64,000 nt of DNA from Octopus sinensis. Its lineage: Eukaryota. The notes under the pieces are model-generated. The model did no database searches. It saw nothing but the letters and a program-made list of their open reading frames with translations, and was not told where the DNA came from. The stretch is from NCBI RefSeq assembly GCF_006345805.1, contig NC_043021.1:22692001-22756000 (forward strand). The letters run 5' to 3'. Both the position numbers and the translations under genes were made by a program. This document shows positions 26,301 through 39,192 of the stretch, in pieces; position 1 is the stretch's first letter, and each line of letters starts with the position of its first letter.

Positions 26301-27191
26301 ATGTAGATATTCTTCTCTTGCAATTTCTCTCTCTCAGTCCAATTCTAGAACCAATTCTACACTGATCTGTTCACAGAGAACCTCGCTAATCTCTTATCAT
26401 CCCGCTTCTGGCCTTCACTAAAAGCTCATATGTTCTTTTTCACAAAATTTCAATCATAGCCTCGCCAATGCTTCCAGCTAGCAACTGCACCCAGGCATTT
26501 GGCTTTCTATCCGTATAAATTCGAACATCCTCGATCCACCACTGGATAAAATAGATCTTGCTGTATGATATGAACACGCGGCAACCGTTGAAGAATATAT
26601 ACTCAGGCAATAAGCACGACTTCTTTTCAGATCAAACCATGAAAGCGATAAACAGGCTTGTCAAATAACATCTCATTATATCAAAATGTATTATAGATAT
26701 ACAATAAATAGATTTCGATAAAATAAGTACAGGACTGAAGTGATTACTGAGGTCGATATGTAACTAATTCCCTTGAAGATAGTATTGGTGTCTATTTACA
26801 AATAATAAGGTAACGCTCCAGGAAAATGTTGCTTCTTACAGTTTAAATGCTGGCTTTTAAACGCAAATATACATAATAACAACCAGAGAGATGCGAACGT
26901 CAATGATACGCAGAGTAGTAAAATACACTCTACATACGGCAATATATAACATCGAATTAGATATTTGAATTCGTTATAGATTCAGAACTCTTCGCGTCTA
27001 ATTGAACGAAAGGTAGGAATTTGTTTTGTTTTATTCATCGATTTATATATTTTTGATTTGTATTTCTTCTCTAGTTTTAAATCCCCAGAAATTGTGAGAA
27101 AAATAGTGGATGACATCAAAGATATTTAGGAGAGAGAATATCTTCAAAGACATAACCTGTATCGTTCCGATATGCCTCTCTTATTTTCCAG

Positions 27192-27253
27192 TGAGACGCG
27201 TGGAACTACTCGCCTTTTTCCAACTAGCTTTGATGCAAAGACAACTTGAGAAG
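27192..27253 (+). CDS. Candidate internal exon (phase 1 to 0)
   Basis: Strong acceptor cctctcttattttccag and donor aag|gtaatt. Only one frame is open: RRVELLAFFQLALMQRQLEK. Confidence 0.35.
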
Positions 27254-27399
27254 GTAATTTCAACTTGATTATGCCCAATACATTTTGATTAGAACCTAAA
27301 GCTATTACAAGCCAACTCAGACACATCAATACTTATACAACAAAATCAAATAGAAACGATATAGCATCAAACACACATATAGATATCCACGTTGATATG

Positions 27400-27846
27400 C
27401 AAAAAGAGCGCTATATACATTACATACAAATGCACACGCAATATACATACCTACATACATATATATATATATATATACATATATACATATTATATATATA
27501 TTTACATACATATATACATATACCCATACATATACACATACATATATATTTACATACATATATACATATACCCATACATATACACATACATATATACATA
27601 TGCACATACATATATATACACATATATAAATACACACATATATTTACATACACATATACATATACACATACACATGCATATATACATATACACATACATA
27701 TATACATACATATACATACACACATATATATATACATACACATACATACAGACATATACATACACACATATATATACATACACATACATATACATACAGA
27801 CATATACATACACACATATATATACATACACATACATATACATACA

Positions 27847-27884
<38 letters not shown>

Positions 27885-27905
27885 TACATACACACACATA
27901 TGTCA
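27400..27905. repeat. Compound (CATA/CA/TA)n microsatellite
   Basis: Repeated tacata/tacacatata motifs. Confidence 0.95.
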
Positions 27906-28302
27906 TTGTTAATGATATATTGTTAGTCGTAAAATACATAGATCTCTCCAGCAAATATCTTCTTTGGTCATACATTTTTTACTCAAATTCACTGTCGTTC
28001 GCTCTCTCTTTCTCTCTCTCTCTTCTTCTTCTTTTCATCATCTTAGTCTTTCTATCACTCACACATTTAATCACTGTCTATCTCCATATAATACACCCGC
28101 TCTAACTCGCTGAATTATCTGTTTGAACAGTTGTACATTACAAACCATACATAGAAGCACACACTCACACACATACACACACACATACAAACGCACACAC
28201 ACACACACACAAAACGCATACACACACATACACACGCACACAACACACACACACACACACACCACACACACACACAAAACGCATACACACACATACACAC
28301 GT

Positions 28303-28354
<52 letters not shown>

Positions 28355-28435
28355 AGGGAGAGAGAGATTTAGAGAGACAGGCAGAGACAGAGTGGAAGAC
28401 AGCAATATCAGGAAGACATATATACAGACACATTA

Positions 28436-28482
<47 letters not shown>

Positions 28483-28923
28483 TATATATATATTTGAAGA
28501 AGAAATAATGTAGGTGTGTGGGTGTGTAGCCGAGAGCAGCAAACAGAACGCGTACGTTCACAGCATTTTTTCCAACTCTAGCGTGACACTACTTCGTATT
28601 GTATTCATTAATGAAGCTATTTTACACTTATTCCTTATTATAGATTGGCCTCAAGTGTTATTGGGAAGAAGGGAAAGAATTGGTAATTGATAAACACCTC
28701 AGTCGTATATAAATGTAATTCTACAAAGCGCTAAGTTGGTATTTCGACCGACTTTGGCAAACAGATCGTATTTGCTTTTGTGCTTCTTCGCCCATGGTAC
28801 TTTGTTAACTGGATATTCTGACATAATCAAGTGTTAAATGTATATGATATCACTTATAAGTATATATGTATACGTATATAAATATATATATATACATATA
28901 TTTACACATATGTGCATATGTGT

Positions 28924-28961
<38 letters not shown>

Positions 28962-28985
28962 ACATATGTGCATATGTGTACACAC

Positions 28986-29025
<40 letters not shown>

Positions 29026-29109
29026 GCTTATATATGCACTTGTATGCATGTATACATACATATATATATATATATATATGCTTATATATGCACTTGTATG
29101 CATGTATAC

Positions 29110-29141
<32 letters not shown>

Positions 29142-29181
29142 TATATGCTTATATATGCACTTGTATGCATGTATACATATA

Positions 29182-29222
<41 letters not shown>

Positions 29223-29652
29223 CACGTATTCACACAGATATATATATATTATATATATACATTTATACACATACACGTAGTCCCATACGCACACACACAT
29301 ACACACACTACATATATATATATATACACATACACATATTTATATATGTGCAATTTTATATTTGTGTATATATGTGTGTGTGTGTGTATTTAAGTATACA
29401 TCTAGATATGTATAAGTGCGCAAGTGTATAAAAGAACGTCAAATATTTCAAGTACTTAGCGACAGAAATAAGATTCCTTATTCTATCCAACGGCCTGGTA
29501 ATTTGGTGTTAACCCTTTGCTAGAAGGTCGGACAGGCCCCTGGTTTATTCTTTTATGTAAAAATTCATCGAAAACATCTGGTTCGAATAACCGGCGGTAT
29601 CTTTATTTGTGTGTAAGGAACCGCTTTGAAATTAATTATGCGTCCCTGACAG

Positions 29653-29821
29653 TTACATCTACGGAAGTTGCGCCTGGGGTATAACGAGCCCTTACGATGC
29701 CAAATATTTTTCGTTTGGCCACCGTATTAATCGAAGACCTAAAATACTCACAAACGAAACTGACGGAGAGATAGACTCGTATACACAACATTGCTGTGCA
29801 TGGACGTTCACATTTCACTAC
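29653..29821 (+). CDS. Candidate internal exon (phase 2 to 0)
   Basis: Acceptor gtccctgacag, donor tac|gtattt. 56 open codons of complex sequence: YIYGSCAWGITSPYDAKYFSFGHRINRRPKILTNETDGEIDSYTQHCCAWTFTFHY. Confidence 0.35.
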
Positions 29822-30102
29822 GTATTTGTCGTTTAAAATACTCGTATATGAGACGTTACAAAACTTCATACATTTATTTATCAACTTCCAATATATCTCT
29901 AGATCCGCCATCTAACCGACAGCTAATCACTCTCTTATACTGTCTCTAACTCTCACTCACTCTCCTTTTCCATGTATGTGTGTAAGCGCTCAAGGAACTA
30001 CTGAATTTCTTTAGCTGCATTGTGATAGAACATATAAATGATGTATGACGTAATTTTCTTTATAATCGATGCATCTTAATATTTCCATGCATCTATATAC
30101 AT

Positions 30103-30540
30103 CATCGGGGCGTGGCCGTCTGCCAGCCTCGTCTGGCACCTGTGTCGGTGGCACATAAAAAACACCATCCGAGCGTGGCCGTCTGCCAGCCTCGTCTGGC
30201 ACCTGTGTCGATGGCACATAAAAAACACCATCCGAGCGTGGCCGTCTGCCAGCCTCGTCTGGCACCTGTGTCGGTGGCACATACAAAACACCATCGGAGC
30301 GTGGCCGTCTGCCAGCCTCGTCTGGCACCTGTGTCGGTGGCACATAAAAAACACCATCCGAGCGTGGCCGTCTGCCAGCCTCGTCTGGCACCTGTGTCGG
30401 TGGCACATAAAAAACACCATCCGAGCGTGGCCGTCTGCCAGCCTCGTCTGGCACCTGTGTCGGTGGCACATACAAAACACCATCCGAGCGTGGCCGTCTG
30501 CCAGCCTCGTCTGGCACCTGTGTAGGTGGCACATAAAACC
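30103..30540 (+). repeat. 63-bp GC-rich minisatellite, 7 units
   Basis: Units start at 30103, 30166, 30229, 30292, 30355, 30418 and 30481. Consensus catccgagcgtggccgtctgccagcctcgtctggcacctgtgtcggtggcacataaaaaacac. Confidence 0.97.
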
Positions 30541-30705
30541 ACCCACTACACTCTCGGAGTGGTTGGCGTTAGGAAGGGCATCCAGCTGTAGAAACACTGC
30601 CAGATCTGACTGGCCTGGTGTAGCCTTCGGGCTTGCCAGACCCCAGTTGAACCGTCCAACCCATGCTAGCATGGAAAGCGGACGTTAAACGATGATGATG
30701 ATGAT
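30103..30705 (+). mobile_element. 5'-truncated RTE-dependent SINE-like element carrying the 63-bp array
   Basis: The array runs into 'ggttggcgttaggaagggcatccagctgtagaaac', which resembles RTE 5'UTR-derived SINE bodies, and ends 'ggacgttaaac(gat)n' like the RTE tails in this window. Confidence 0.65.
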
Positions 30706-30826
30706 CTCTAGCATTCTCTGTAGAATATTTATAATACGTTGATAGTTCATACTGTAATCTGCAGTTTATCAGTATCACGTATTAAGATACACTAAACATT
30801 AATTGTTTATTAACATTTCGATTTAA

Positions 30827-31034
30827 CTCTTTAGCATTCAGTTTGTTTTGTCATATACAATTCTTATTTATTCACGTTGTTTTGAATTAATCACGCATTA
30901 TCTCCAACATTGCAAACTACGATGGTGCCATTGCTTAATTTAACAATGTCTTTATAAAGTAGCTGTGAGATAGACATAACCAGTTTGACCAGAGAAGAGT
31001 TAAAATACCTGGGCCGGTAGAAAATGCTACAGAG
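30827..31034. mobile_element. piggyBac-like MITE, older copy
   Basis: TTAA|ctctttagcatt ... aatgctacagag|TTAA; internal sequence aligns with 31177-31397. Confidence 0.75.
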
Positions 31035-31176
31035 TTAAATCTGCTTTGATTTATATATTCATAAATTCATTTTTTCCATTTACGCTTTCATTTGTACGCT
31101 ATTCATTGAGATGTTTTCGTTGTATTCGTTTTTTGTGGTTTTTTCATATACTTGTTTAAACTTAAATCTGCCTTAA

Positions 31177-31397
31177 CCCTTTAGTGTTCACATTATTCTG
31201 CCAAAATTAATGCTTCTTCATCAACATTGTTTTGAACTAATCATACATTATCTTGTAGCTATGAGATTTTGATGAGGTGGTGGTTAATTTTTAAAATGAC
31301 ATTGTAGGGTTGGTGTGAGAGACCAGATCTGGCCAGTTTGAACATAAAACGGGCAGAATACTTTTGGCCGGATATGACCGGTTTAAGTGCTAAAGGG
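31177..31397. mobile_element. piggyBac-like MITE
   Basis: TTAA|ccctttag ... ctaaaggg|TTAA: TTAA target duplication and CCC/GGG termini. Confidence 0.85.
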
Positions 31398-32677
31398 TTA
31401 AACACGGAGATTTATCGAGAAATACTGTCCCACTTTTTGCATTATCTTTATTTCAACATCGTTTATATAACCCTAGATTACGTATTTCGATATGACCTTG
31501 CTTTCTTAAATATAATGGCATGTGAACAAGATCTTATTTCGCGAGTCATTTTTGATATTACTGCCCGAATAGAATCCGCTTCATATGTTCATATTAGATC
31601 CGCAGCAATGTTTTGGGAAGAGGAATCTGTAAATGCTTTCGGTGATCCTATTATTTCGTACGAACTTACGTTTCGGATTTGATTGACTGTGTCAAATCAG
31701 TGCTTTTTAAAACCTCCACACTTACGTATACCAAATCTAATAAGGAAAAGGTAATTGCAGCTTTCTTTAAGTTTAACTGAGGTGTGCCTAAATATAAATT
31801 AATACCTGCACCATCTAAGACGGCCATTCTGTAGCAACCTCCAGAATGCTTCTCTTTTTTTTATTTTCATTTTACTCAACACGACTCCTCACACACCGTA
31901 AGGTATTTTCAAACGTACTTAATAAAATAGATTTTCTTATTTAGGCATGACATTATCGTTGTTAAGCACCAGGTCAGTTCACATTTACGAGAACAATATT
32001 TCAAGGTGTTCCAATCATGCCCATCCCGTTTAAGATAATGCACCGCCGACTACATTCAACAAAGCCTTTATGTGTCTTATGCATTTTCTTTCACGACATA
32101 GGGTACTCATTCATTTGAGCAACGTTTGAATGTTGGATCAAGAAGGTTAATCAAGCGATTAAAGGCTATCTCTGTCAATGTTATAGTGAATTAAGGATTA
32201 TGTGGCTTTTACGTGTATTTCCCAGCTTGCCATTTAACAATATTATAAATTTGAATAAATATGCTTTCATCGTTGTATTGGTCATTAGCGAACCACACCA
32301 TAAATGCCTTTGCATTGTTCCATAAACTCAAATGTGTGAATACTTTTATATCTGTATTTATTCAAACTAATGTTATTACATTAGCTGAATCCGAATCTGT
32401 TTCTCCATAGGTCTCGTTTATGGGAGTTGTTCTTGAAATATTTTAGTTTAACGAGGGATTCATTTGTCAGAGGCAATAACAGTTCTAAGATCCTTAGAAA
32501 AACGAATGAGTTAGATATTTACAACTTTCTACCAAATATCCAGATAAACTTAGACACGTTCACGCACTTCTTAAATACGATAATTATGGAAAAGCATCAA
32601 AATGCGCTGTTTGAATAGCAAAGACGACGTGAAGTTGAATTTCACATGTGTGAAGATGCGATATCTTATACATTTAG

Positions 32678-32812
32678 GCAGTGAGAAAATTACTGCGAAT
32701 AGTGCAAGAAACGTAAAGAAATCCCATGGCTTTGGCGTGTATGATATATCCTATAATAGAAAAGAATGCACTAAGATAGGCCGATCAAGCCAGACAGTCA
32801 ACCAGCAGCCGT
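32678..32812 (+). CDS. Candidate internal exon (phase 1 to 1)
   Basis: Acceptor tacatttag, donor gtaagt. Open frame SEKITANSARNVKKSHGFGVYDISYNRKECTKIGRSSQTVNQQP. Confidence 0.2.
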
Positions 32813-32960
32813 GTAAGTAAGCAACATCGTCCATTGAGGCACAATTTCCATTGTGTTTACATTATCACTCTACTAAAGGTTAATAGATTTGTGCCAGCGC
32901 TAAATATACATATATATATGTGTGTGTGTGTGTGTGTATATAAAGAGAGAGAGAGAGAGA

Positions 32961-33909
32961 GTTGTCAACTAAGTTCCCGCGGTTTTTTTAAATTTGGGAA
33001 TTTATTGCGTTTTTAAAAATTGGAATCTTTATTTTTTTCGAGAATTCTATTTCTGAATCATTTTAGAATTATATATATTTTTTTTTCTAGCTAATTTTAA
33101 TTAATTTTTCGTTATTTTTAGGTCATTTAAATGGAATGTCAATTTAAGAAAAACGAGCATTTTTGACACCTTTTTGTTTTAATCAAGGTTCTAAGGCCGG
33201 AAAAGCTGCTCACGACATTTGTGCTGTGTATGGAGAGGGTGCCATAGCTGAAAGAACCACTCGTGATTGGTAAGCGAAGTTCAAATATGGACATTTTTAT
33301 CTCAAAGACACACCTCATTCTGGCCGTCCAGAGTTCGTTAAAACGCGATTATACCAACTTTTGCACGAAAATTCTTGTCAAACGACAAGGGAATTGGCAG
33401 AAAAAAAGGAATGCTCCTACACTGCTATAGAAAAGCATCTTCACGCGATGAGAAAGTTTCAGATGTATAGAGCATGGGTTCCGCATGCTTTAAGTGACAA
33501 CAACAAAAATTGCTTAAATGGAACCAAACGGTCAACCCAGAATTCTATGTTCAACAGATGGGACGACTCAACACGTCTCTTCAAGAGGATAGACATGATC
33601 GTCAGCATGGAGTTTTTCTGCTGCACGACAATGCCCGCCCTCATATCGCCAATATGACCAAGGAAGCTATTCAAAGGCATGGCTAGGAAGTGCTGCAGCA
33701 CCCACCGTAATCTCCTGATTTGGCACCAAAGTATTTCCACCTCTTTCGATCTCTTTCAAATGGTTTGCGCGGAGTTTCGTTCAATACGTATGCAGAATTG
33801 AGAACTTGGTTGGATCAATTTTTCTTGTCGAAATCGGGTGATTTCTACCAACGAGGTATTGAAAATCGTGTTGAACGTAAACAACAAGGGTGAATACACT
33901 ATTGATTAA
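32961..33909 (+). pseudogene. Decayed mariner transposase with internal deletion
   Basis: ATG at 33131; ICAVYGEGAI..., DTPHSGRP, WVPHAL, HDNARPH, HPP*SPDLAP.YFHLFRSL. The region carrying the first catalytic Asp is deleted near 33510. Left TIR-like 'gttgtcaactaagttcccgcggtttt'; no right TIR seen. Confidence 0.92.
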
Positions 33910-34403
33910 ATAGTTATTTTTTATTAAACCTTTTAAAGCAGAAAATCCAAATTTTGAACAAAATGCAAAATTTTCTACTCCCGTAACAAATGCTTCTGCG
34001 TGTCAACGAGAAAGTTGTAGAACAAAAAATAAAAAGGTTTCTAAGCAAACAACGTTAAACTTGTTTATTAAAAATATATCTACAAGTCCGGCTACGAGTG
34101 CTTGTGAATCAGCGATCTGGTCTACAAATGATGGTATGTCCGACCTAGTTCGAGTGACTGTGACCCAGAAAACAATTATAATAATGATTTATTTTTTAAC
34201 ATTATTTTAAATGATCTTGACATTCCTTTTTCTATACATAAAATATTCTTCACATTCTTCCGTTGTCTCATTGCCATTTATTTACGATTATTATAAATTT
34301 TATATGTAAAATATTTTAGTAGGAACGGATTACTATTTTTAACATTGCTATTATTGGAAAGTATTTTCACTTAAGGAAGCACATTAACTTGTATATCGGA
34401 TTG

Positions 34404-34773
34404 GAAGCACTCCGTCGGTTACGACGACGAGGGTTCCGGTTGATCCGAATCAACGGAACAGCCTGCTCGTGAAGTTAACGTGTAAGTGGCTGAGCACTCC
34501 ACAGACACGTGTACCCGGGGATATTCAGCGTGACACAGAGAGTGACAAGGCCGGCCCTTTGAAATACAGGTACAACAGAATCAGGAAGTAAGAGTGAGGG
34601 AAAGTTGTGGTGAAAGAGTACAGCAGGGATCACCACCATCCCCTGCCGGAGCCCCGTGGAGCTTTTAGGTGTTTTCGCTCAATAAACACTCAGAACGCCC
34701 GGTCTGGGAATCGAAACCGCGATCCTATGACCGCGAGCCCGCTGCCCTAACCGCTAGGCCATTGCGCCTCCAC
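34404..34773 (-). mobile_element. SINE family B2 (head B + tail 2) with 12-bp target-site duplication
   Basis: Head B fused to tail '...caaagggccggccttgtcac...ggagtgctcagccacttacacgtt...gtcgtaaccgacggagtgcttc'. 'acttgtatatcg' occurs at 34387-34398 and 34775-34786. Confidence 0.92.
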
Positions 34774-35348
34774 TACTTGTATATCGAGGCATTACTGTAT
34801 ATATGCAAAACTCGATTATGAGAGCAGAATCTCCAATGAAGATACGGGAGAGATGCACAAAACCACATAATAATCATCTTTCGTCAACATCAGTTGAAAT
34901 GCTACGTTGGCGGTTTGCATGGTTTCATTTATATACACGGAGTGGCAAATCTCAGCAGTGTGAGGTGTTTATCAATTACCAATTCTTTCCTTCTTTCCAA
35001 TATCACCTGAGGGCAATCTATAATAAGGTATAAATGTATAATAGCCTCATTATTGAATGTAATATGAACTGGCGTCGTGCAAGTGTAGGAAAAATGCTAT
35101 GTACTGCGAATGTATGTTTGCAGCTCCTGGCTAATACGTATGAGAATAAAGTATATACTTGTTTGCGAAGATACATATTTATTTTATTGATGTATAGTTA
35201 GAAATCTATTGAGAGAGAGAGAGTGAGATGAAGTGAAGATTTAAACAGAATATATATACAAATGTTAACATCTGTAGGTGTTCGTGTAACTATTTAGACG
35301 CCCGTGAACACAGACATATTTACACTTATACGCAAAACTTTAGATACA

Positions 35349-35394
<46 letters not shown>

Positions 35395-35395
<1 letters not shown>

Positions 35396-35790
35396 CTTTA
35401 TATATAAAAGTGAGGTTATGTGCTGTCTGTCTCCTACGATTTAGATTCCGAACTACTCCCACATTTTGCGGTGCAGTGTAACCAAAAGCGGTTACCTTAT
35501 AGTCGTGATTCATATCGAGCCCTTCTGGGTATTAGCGCGCGTCTACGATGAATCTACGATTTAAAAAAAAATTACCATCATTTTTCCCATTTTTAATGCA
35601 TTTTTTGCAATTATATAAGGGAAGTAACTCTCTAAAAATGTATTATTATATCTCAGAACGTAAAAATCTACAGTAACACCCCCCCTTTGTGGTTAGCCAT
35701 ATTGAGATGGCTACTATACTTTACATCTCTAAAAATACTTATATAGTTATTTCCCTTACAAACCCGAGCAACGCCGGGCGATACTGCTAG
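35395..35790 (+). mobile_element. Non-autonomous Helitron-type element
   Basis: A|TC 5' end, subterminal hairpin cccg-agcaacgc-cggg and CTAG|T 3' end. Confidence 0.8.
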
Positions 35791-35810
35791 TATAGATATA
35801 ATTCACACTT

Positions 35811-36116
35811 GTGGAGGCGAAATTGCCCAGTGGTTAGTGCAGCGGACTCGCGGTCGTAGGATCGCGGTTTCGATTCCCAGACCGGGCGTTGTGAGTGTTT
35901 ATTGAGCGAAAAAAAACCTATGCTCCACAAGGCTCCGACAGGGGGGCGGCGGCGATCCCTGCTGTACTCTTTCGCCACAAATTTATCTCACTCTTTCTTC
36001 TGTTGGCCTGCTCACTTAGTCAGCGGGGTGGCATCATTTGAAGGCTAAATCAATGCGAAGCGCATTGTGACCACCGATGTGTAGCAACAACTGATAGTCT
36101 GGGTGATCACGGTGAT
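35811..36116 (+). mobile_element. SINE family B1
   Basis: Matches 25984-26300 along its length. Confidence 0.9.
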
Positions 36117-36129
36117 ATATATATATATG

Positions 36130-36518
36130 CTAGCAGTATCGCCCGGCGTTGCTCGGGTTTGTTTCTACCCTTTAGAATTGGAATTTTTGAAAAGTAAAAA
36201 TTTGGTATTATGTAGCTTGTTATCCTCTTAAAGTGAACATTTTTCTGGTTCAAATGCACAGAAAAATGACGACACAGCAGTCAAAAGATCGCAAAAATTA
36301 AGGATTTTCATAGAAAAAAGAAAGCACCTTTTTGATGTAAATAATTTTTGGTTTCAACATGGTCCGATGTGAATTTTTTCTTCGCTGAAATGAAGAGAAA
36401 GCCTTCTTCTATCATACTCCCAACTTTGGACAACTTGCGCAGCAGGCTCTCGTAGGCGATAGTGTTAGTTGAAGGCTACCAAACCTGCCATACAGAGACA
36501 ACTTCAGCTTTATTTATA

Positions 36519-36520
<2 letters not shown>
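36130..36520 (-). mobile_element. Second non-autonomous Helitron-type element (different body, same 3' end)
   Basis: Minus strand ends 'acaaacccgagcaacgccgggcgatactgctag', identical to 35758-35790. No similarity to the 35395 body was seen. Confidence 0.75.
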
Positions 36521-36559
<39 letters not shown>

Positions 36560-36962
36560 CAAAGTTGTCACTATAAAAATGTCTGTAGATGAATGTATAA
36601 GATATATGTCTGCTTTGTAAACTTTAAGTGCTATAGAGCTCAAGTTTTGAAAACTGTCTGGATATGCTTATATAAATTGTTGAAATAACTATTCTAGGTT
36701 TTTGCGTTTAGAATTAAATCTTCTCCAAATATTTCTGCTAGCTGTATCAAAACCGTTGCAGCGTTCAATAAAGTTCATTGTTGTTCCAATTTTATTGAGC
36801 AAGAGACAGGAATTGAGGATTATCAATAATATTATGATTAAGTTTCAATGCACGTGAGACTGTCTGAGAAATATCTCAACAAAGCGTTCGAAAACTGAGA
36901 ATTTTAATGTGAGTGAGGAGGTTTCTTGTTACATCCACGTGAGGAATAGGGACAAAGAGAGG

Positions 36963-36993
<31 letters not shown>

Positions 36994-37756
36994 TGAATGA
37001 GAGAAAGAGAGAATAGGGAAGTGGAAGATGTCAGAGATATTTCCACAAAGATGTCTATCTTTTTTTCTTGCATCGCATAGAAATTTAGCATGTCTCGAAC
37101 GTAGAATAATTATTGATTTCGTGTAAAATATAGCAACTATTTCACGAATTATATCTATATTTGCAGAATTCGTCAAAAAATTTGATGTTAGTCAAATACT
37201 GAATAAATTCCTTACTATAATTTTCTGGTGAACCGTTGGGAAATTCAAGGAGATGTAGTAACGCTGATTGTTATCCAACTACAGTATGGTCGTTAAGTAC
37301 GCATAAATGATGTTCTGATCAAGAAGATTTTCATTGAAGAATCTTTCCATCATCTTCAACAAAGATTGGTTCATCAGAAGAAAGTATTTTTCAGACATGT
37401 TGTTAAGATCGATATAGAGATTTGGCTCATCGTTTATTGACACAGCTAGCATTTATTTATCATCCGCGCATTAAGTTTCTATTTTTCATGTTTTCAAGTG
37501 CTTGAAATTTCTCCATAGTTTCATATTACGTCTTAAATTTTCTAAGAAAAAAAATTAGTAAATGTTATGCCTGAATACAAAATCGTTATCAAATTTAAAT
37601 TCAGGAGGGATATTCAAAATTAATTTCCAAAAATCATAAGTCATTCGGTCAAATAAATTGATTTAGTGTATTTCTGTTTTAAGTGAAATGGAAGCACTAT
37701 AATATATTTATTTCACATTTGAAGAAACGTGTTTCCTTTCCGTTTTACATCTTATA

Positions 37757-38212
37757 GGCGCAGGAGTGGCTGTGTGGTAAGTAGCTTGCTAACCAACCAC
37801 ACGGTTCCGGGTTCAGTCCCACTGCGTGGCATCTTGGGCAAGTTTCTTCTGCTATAGCCCCGGGCCGACCAATGCCTTGTGAGTGGATTTGGTAGACGGA
37901 AACTGAAAGAAGCCTGTCGTATATATGTATATATATATATATATAATATATATATATATAACATTATTGGTGAATTGAAGAAATGGAGCTGAACGCAGAT
38001 TGAACAGAAATCGTTTTATTCAATCTGCGTTCAGCTCCATTTCTTCAATTCACCAATAATGTTTTAATTTCAATTATCCGCACCAACGCACGGTTGCAAC
38101 GCCAGATGGTTGTACCTCCAACCGTGCTGTTTACTGCTGTGATTTTTGCTACTAAGGTATCGGTTAAACTTTTGATTAATCTACTACAAGATTATTCATC
38201 TTTCTATTTCAC

Positions 38213-38252
<40 letters not shown>

Positions 38253-38486
38253 TGTGTGTGTACATGTTTGTGTGCCTGTGTTTGTCCTCCTAGTATTGTT
38301 TGACAATCGATGCTGGTGTGTTTACGTCCCCGTCACTTAGCGGTTCGGCAAAATAGACCGATAGAATAAGTACTGGACTTACAAAGAATAAGTCCCGGGG
38401 TCGATTTGCTCGACTAAAGGCGGTGCTCCAGCATGGCCGCAGTCAAATGACTGAAAAAAGTAAAAGTAAGTAAACTAAAGTAAAAG
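37757..38486 (+). mobile_element. SINE family C (CORE-SINE), full length, with an insertion in its microsatellite spacer
   Basis: tRNA-like head, CORE-like 'ggcatcttgggcaagtttcttctgctatagcc', (TA)n spacer interrupted at 37961-38214, then the tail. Confidence 0.9.
37960..38063. repeat. Perfect 45-bp inverted repeat with 14-nt loop
   Basis: 37960-38004 is the exact reverse complement of 38019-38063; loop cagaaatcgtttta. Confidence 0.97.
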
Positions 38487-38809
38487 GTATTTTGATATTA
38501 GCCGTAAATCACAAGGGTATCATTTAGCTGAGAGTTTCTGGGTATGCATAAGGTTGTGTTGGTACATGCATAAGCGAGTAGTCTGTATCACCTCAGTAAA
38601 TCGTTCTTACTGACCTGGAGTAGGGACTGGCGATGCTCAGATGAATACTTACAGAAGAATAGGAATACGAGTTGTAACAAGGGGGTATAGTAATACAGGG
38701 GGATGTGTGATGGGTACTTAGGAAAGATGTAACGACCCTGGCAGTCATGTCGAAGTTTTATTGGAAGTGAGAAACATCTGAAAAGTTCTGGAAATGTCTA
38801 TTTCTTGAT

Positions 38810-39192
38810 GAAGCACTCCGTCGGTTACGACGATGAGGGTTCCGGTTAATCCGAATCAACGGAACAGCCTGCTCGTGAAATTAACGTGTAAGTGGCTGAG
38901 CACTCCACAGGCACGTGCACCCTTAACGTAGTTCTCGGGTATATTCAGCGTGACACAGAGAGTGACAAGGCCGGCCCTTTGAAATACAGGTACAACAGAA
39001 ACAGGAAGTAAGAGTGAGAGAAAGTTGTTGTGAAAGAGTACAGCAGGGATCACCACCATCCCCTGCCGGAGCCTCGTGGAGCTTTAGGTGTTTTCGCTCA
39101 ATAAACACTCACAACGCCCGGCCTGGGAATCGAAACCGCAATCCTACAACCGCGAGTCCGCTGCCCTAACCACTGAGCCATTGTGCCTCCAC
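38810..39192 (-). mobile_element. SINE family B2
   Basis: Near-identical to 34404-34773. Confidence 0.92.

Noticed and set aside
30011-30672. Overlapping ORFs of 137-198 aa with 21-aa repeats; CRISPR-like look
   Set aside because: They arise from a stop-free 63-bp tandem repeat inside a retroposon. There are no unique spacers and no cas genes, and the context is eukaryotic.
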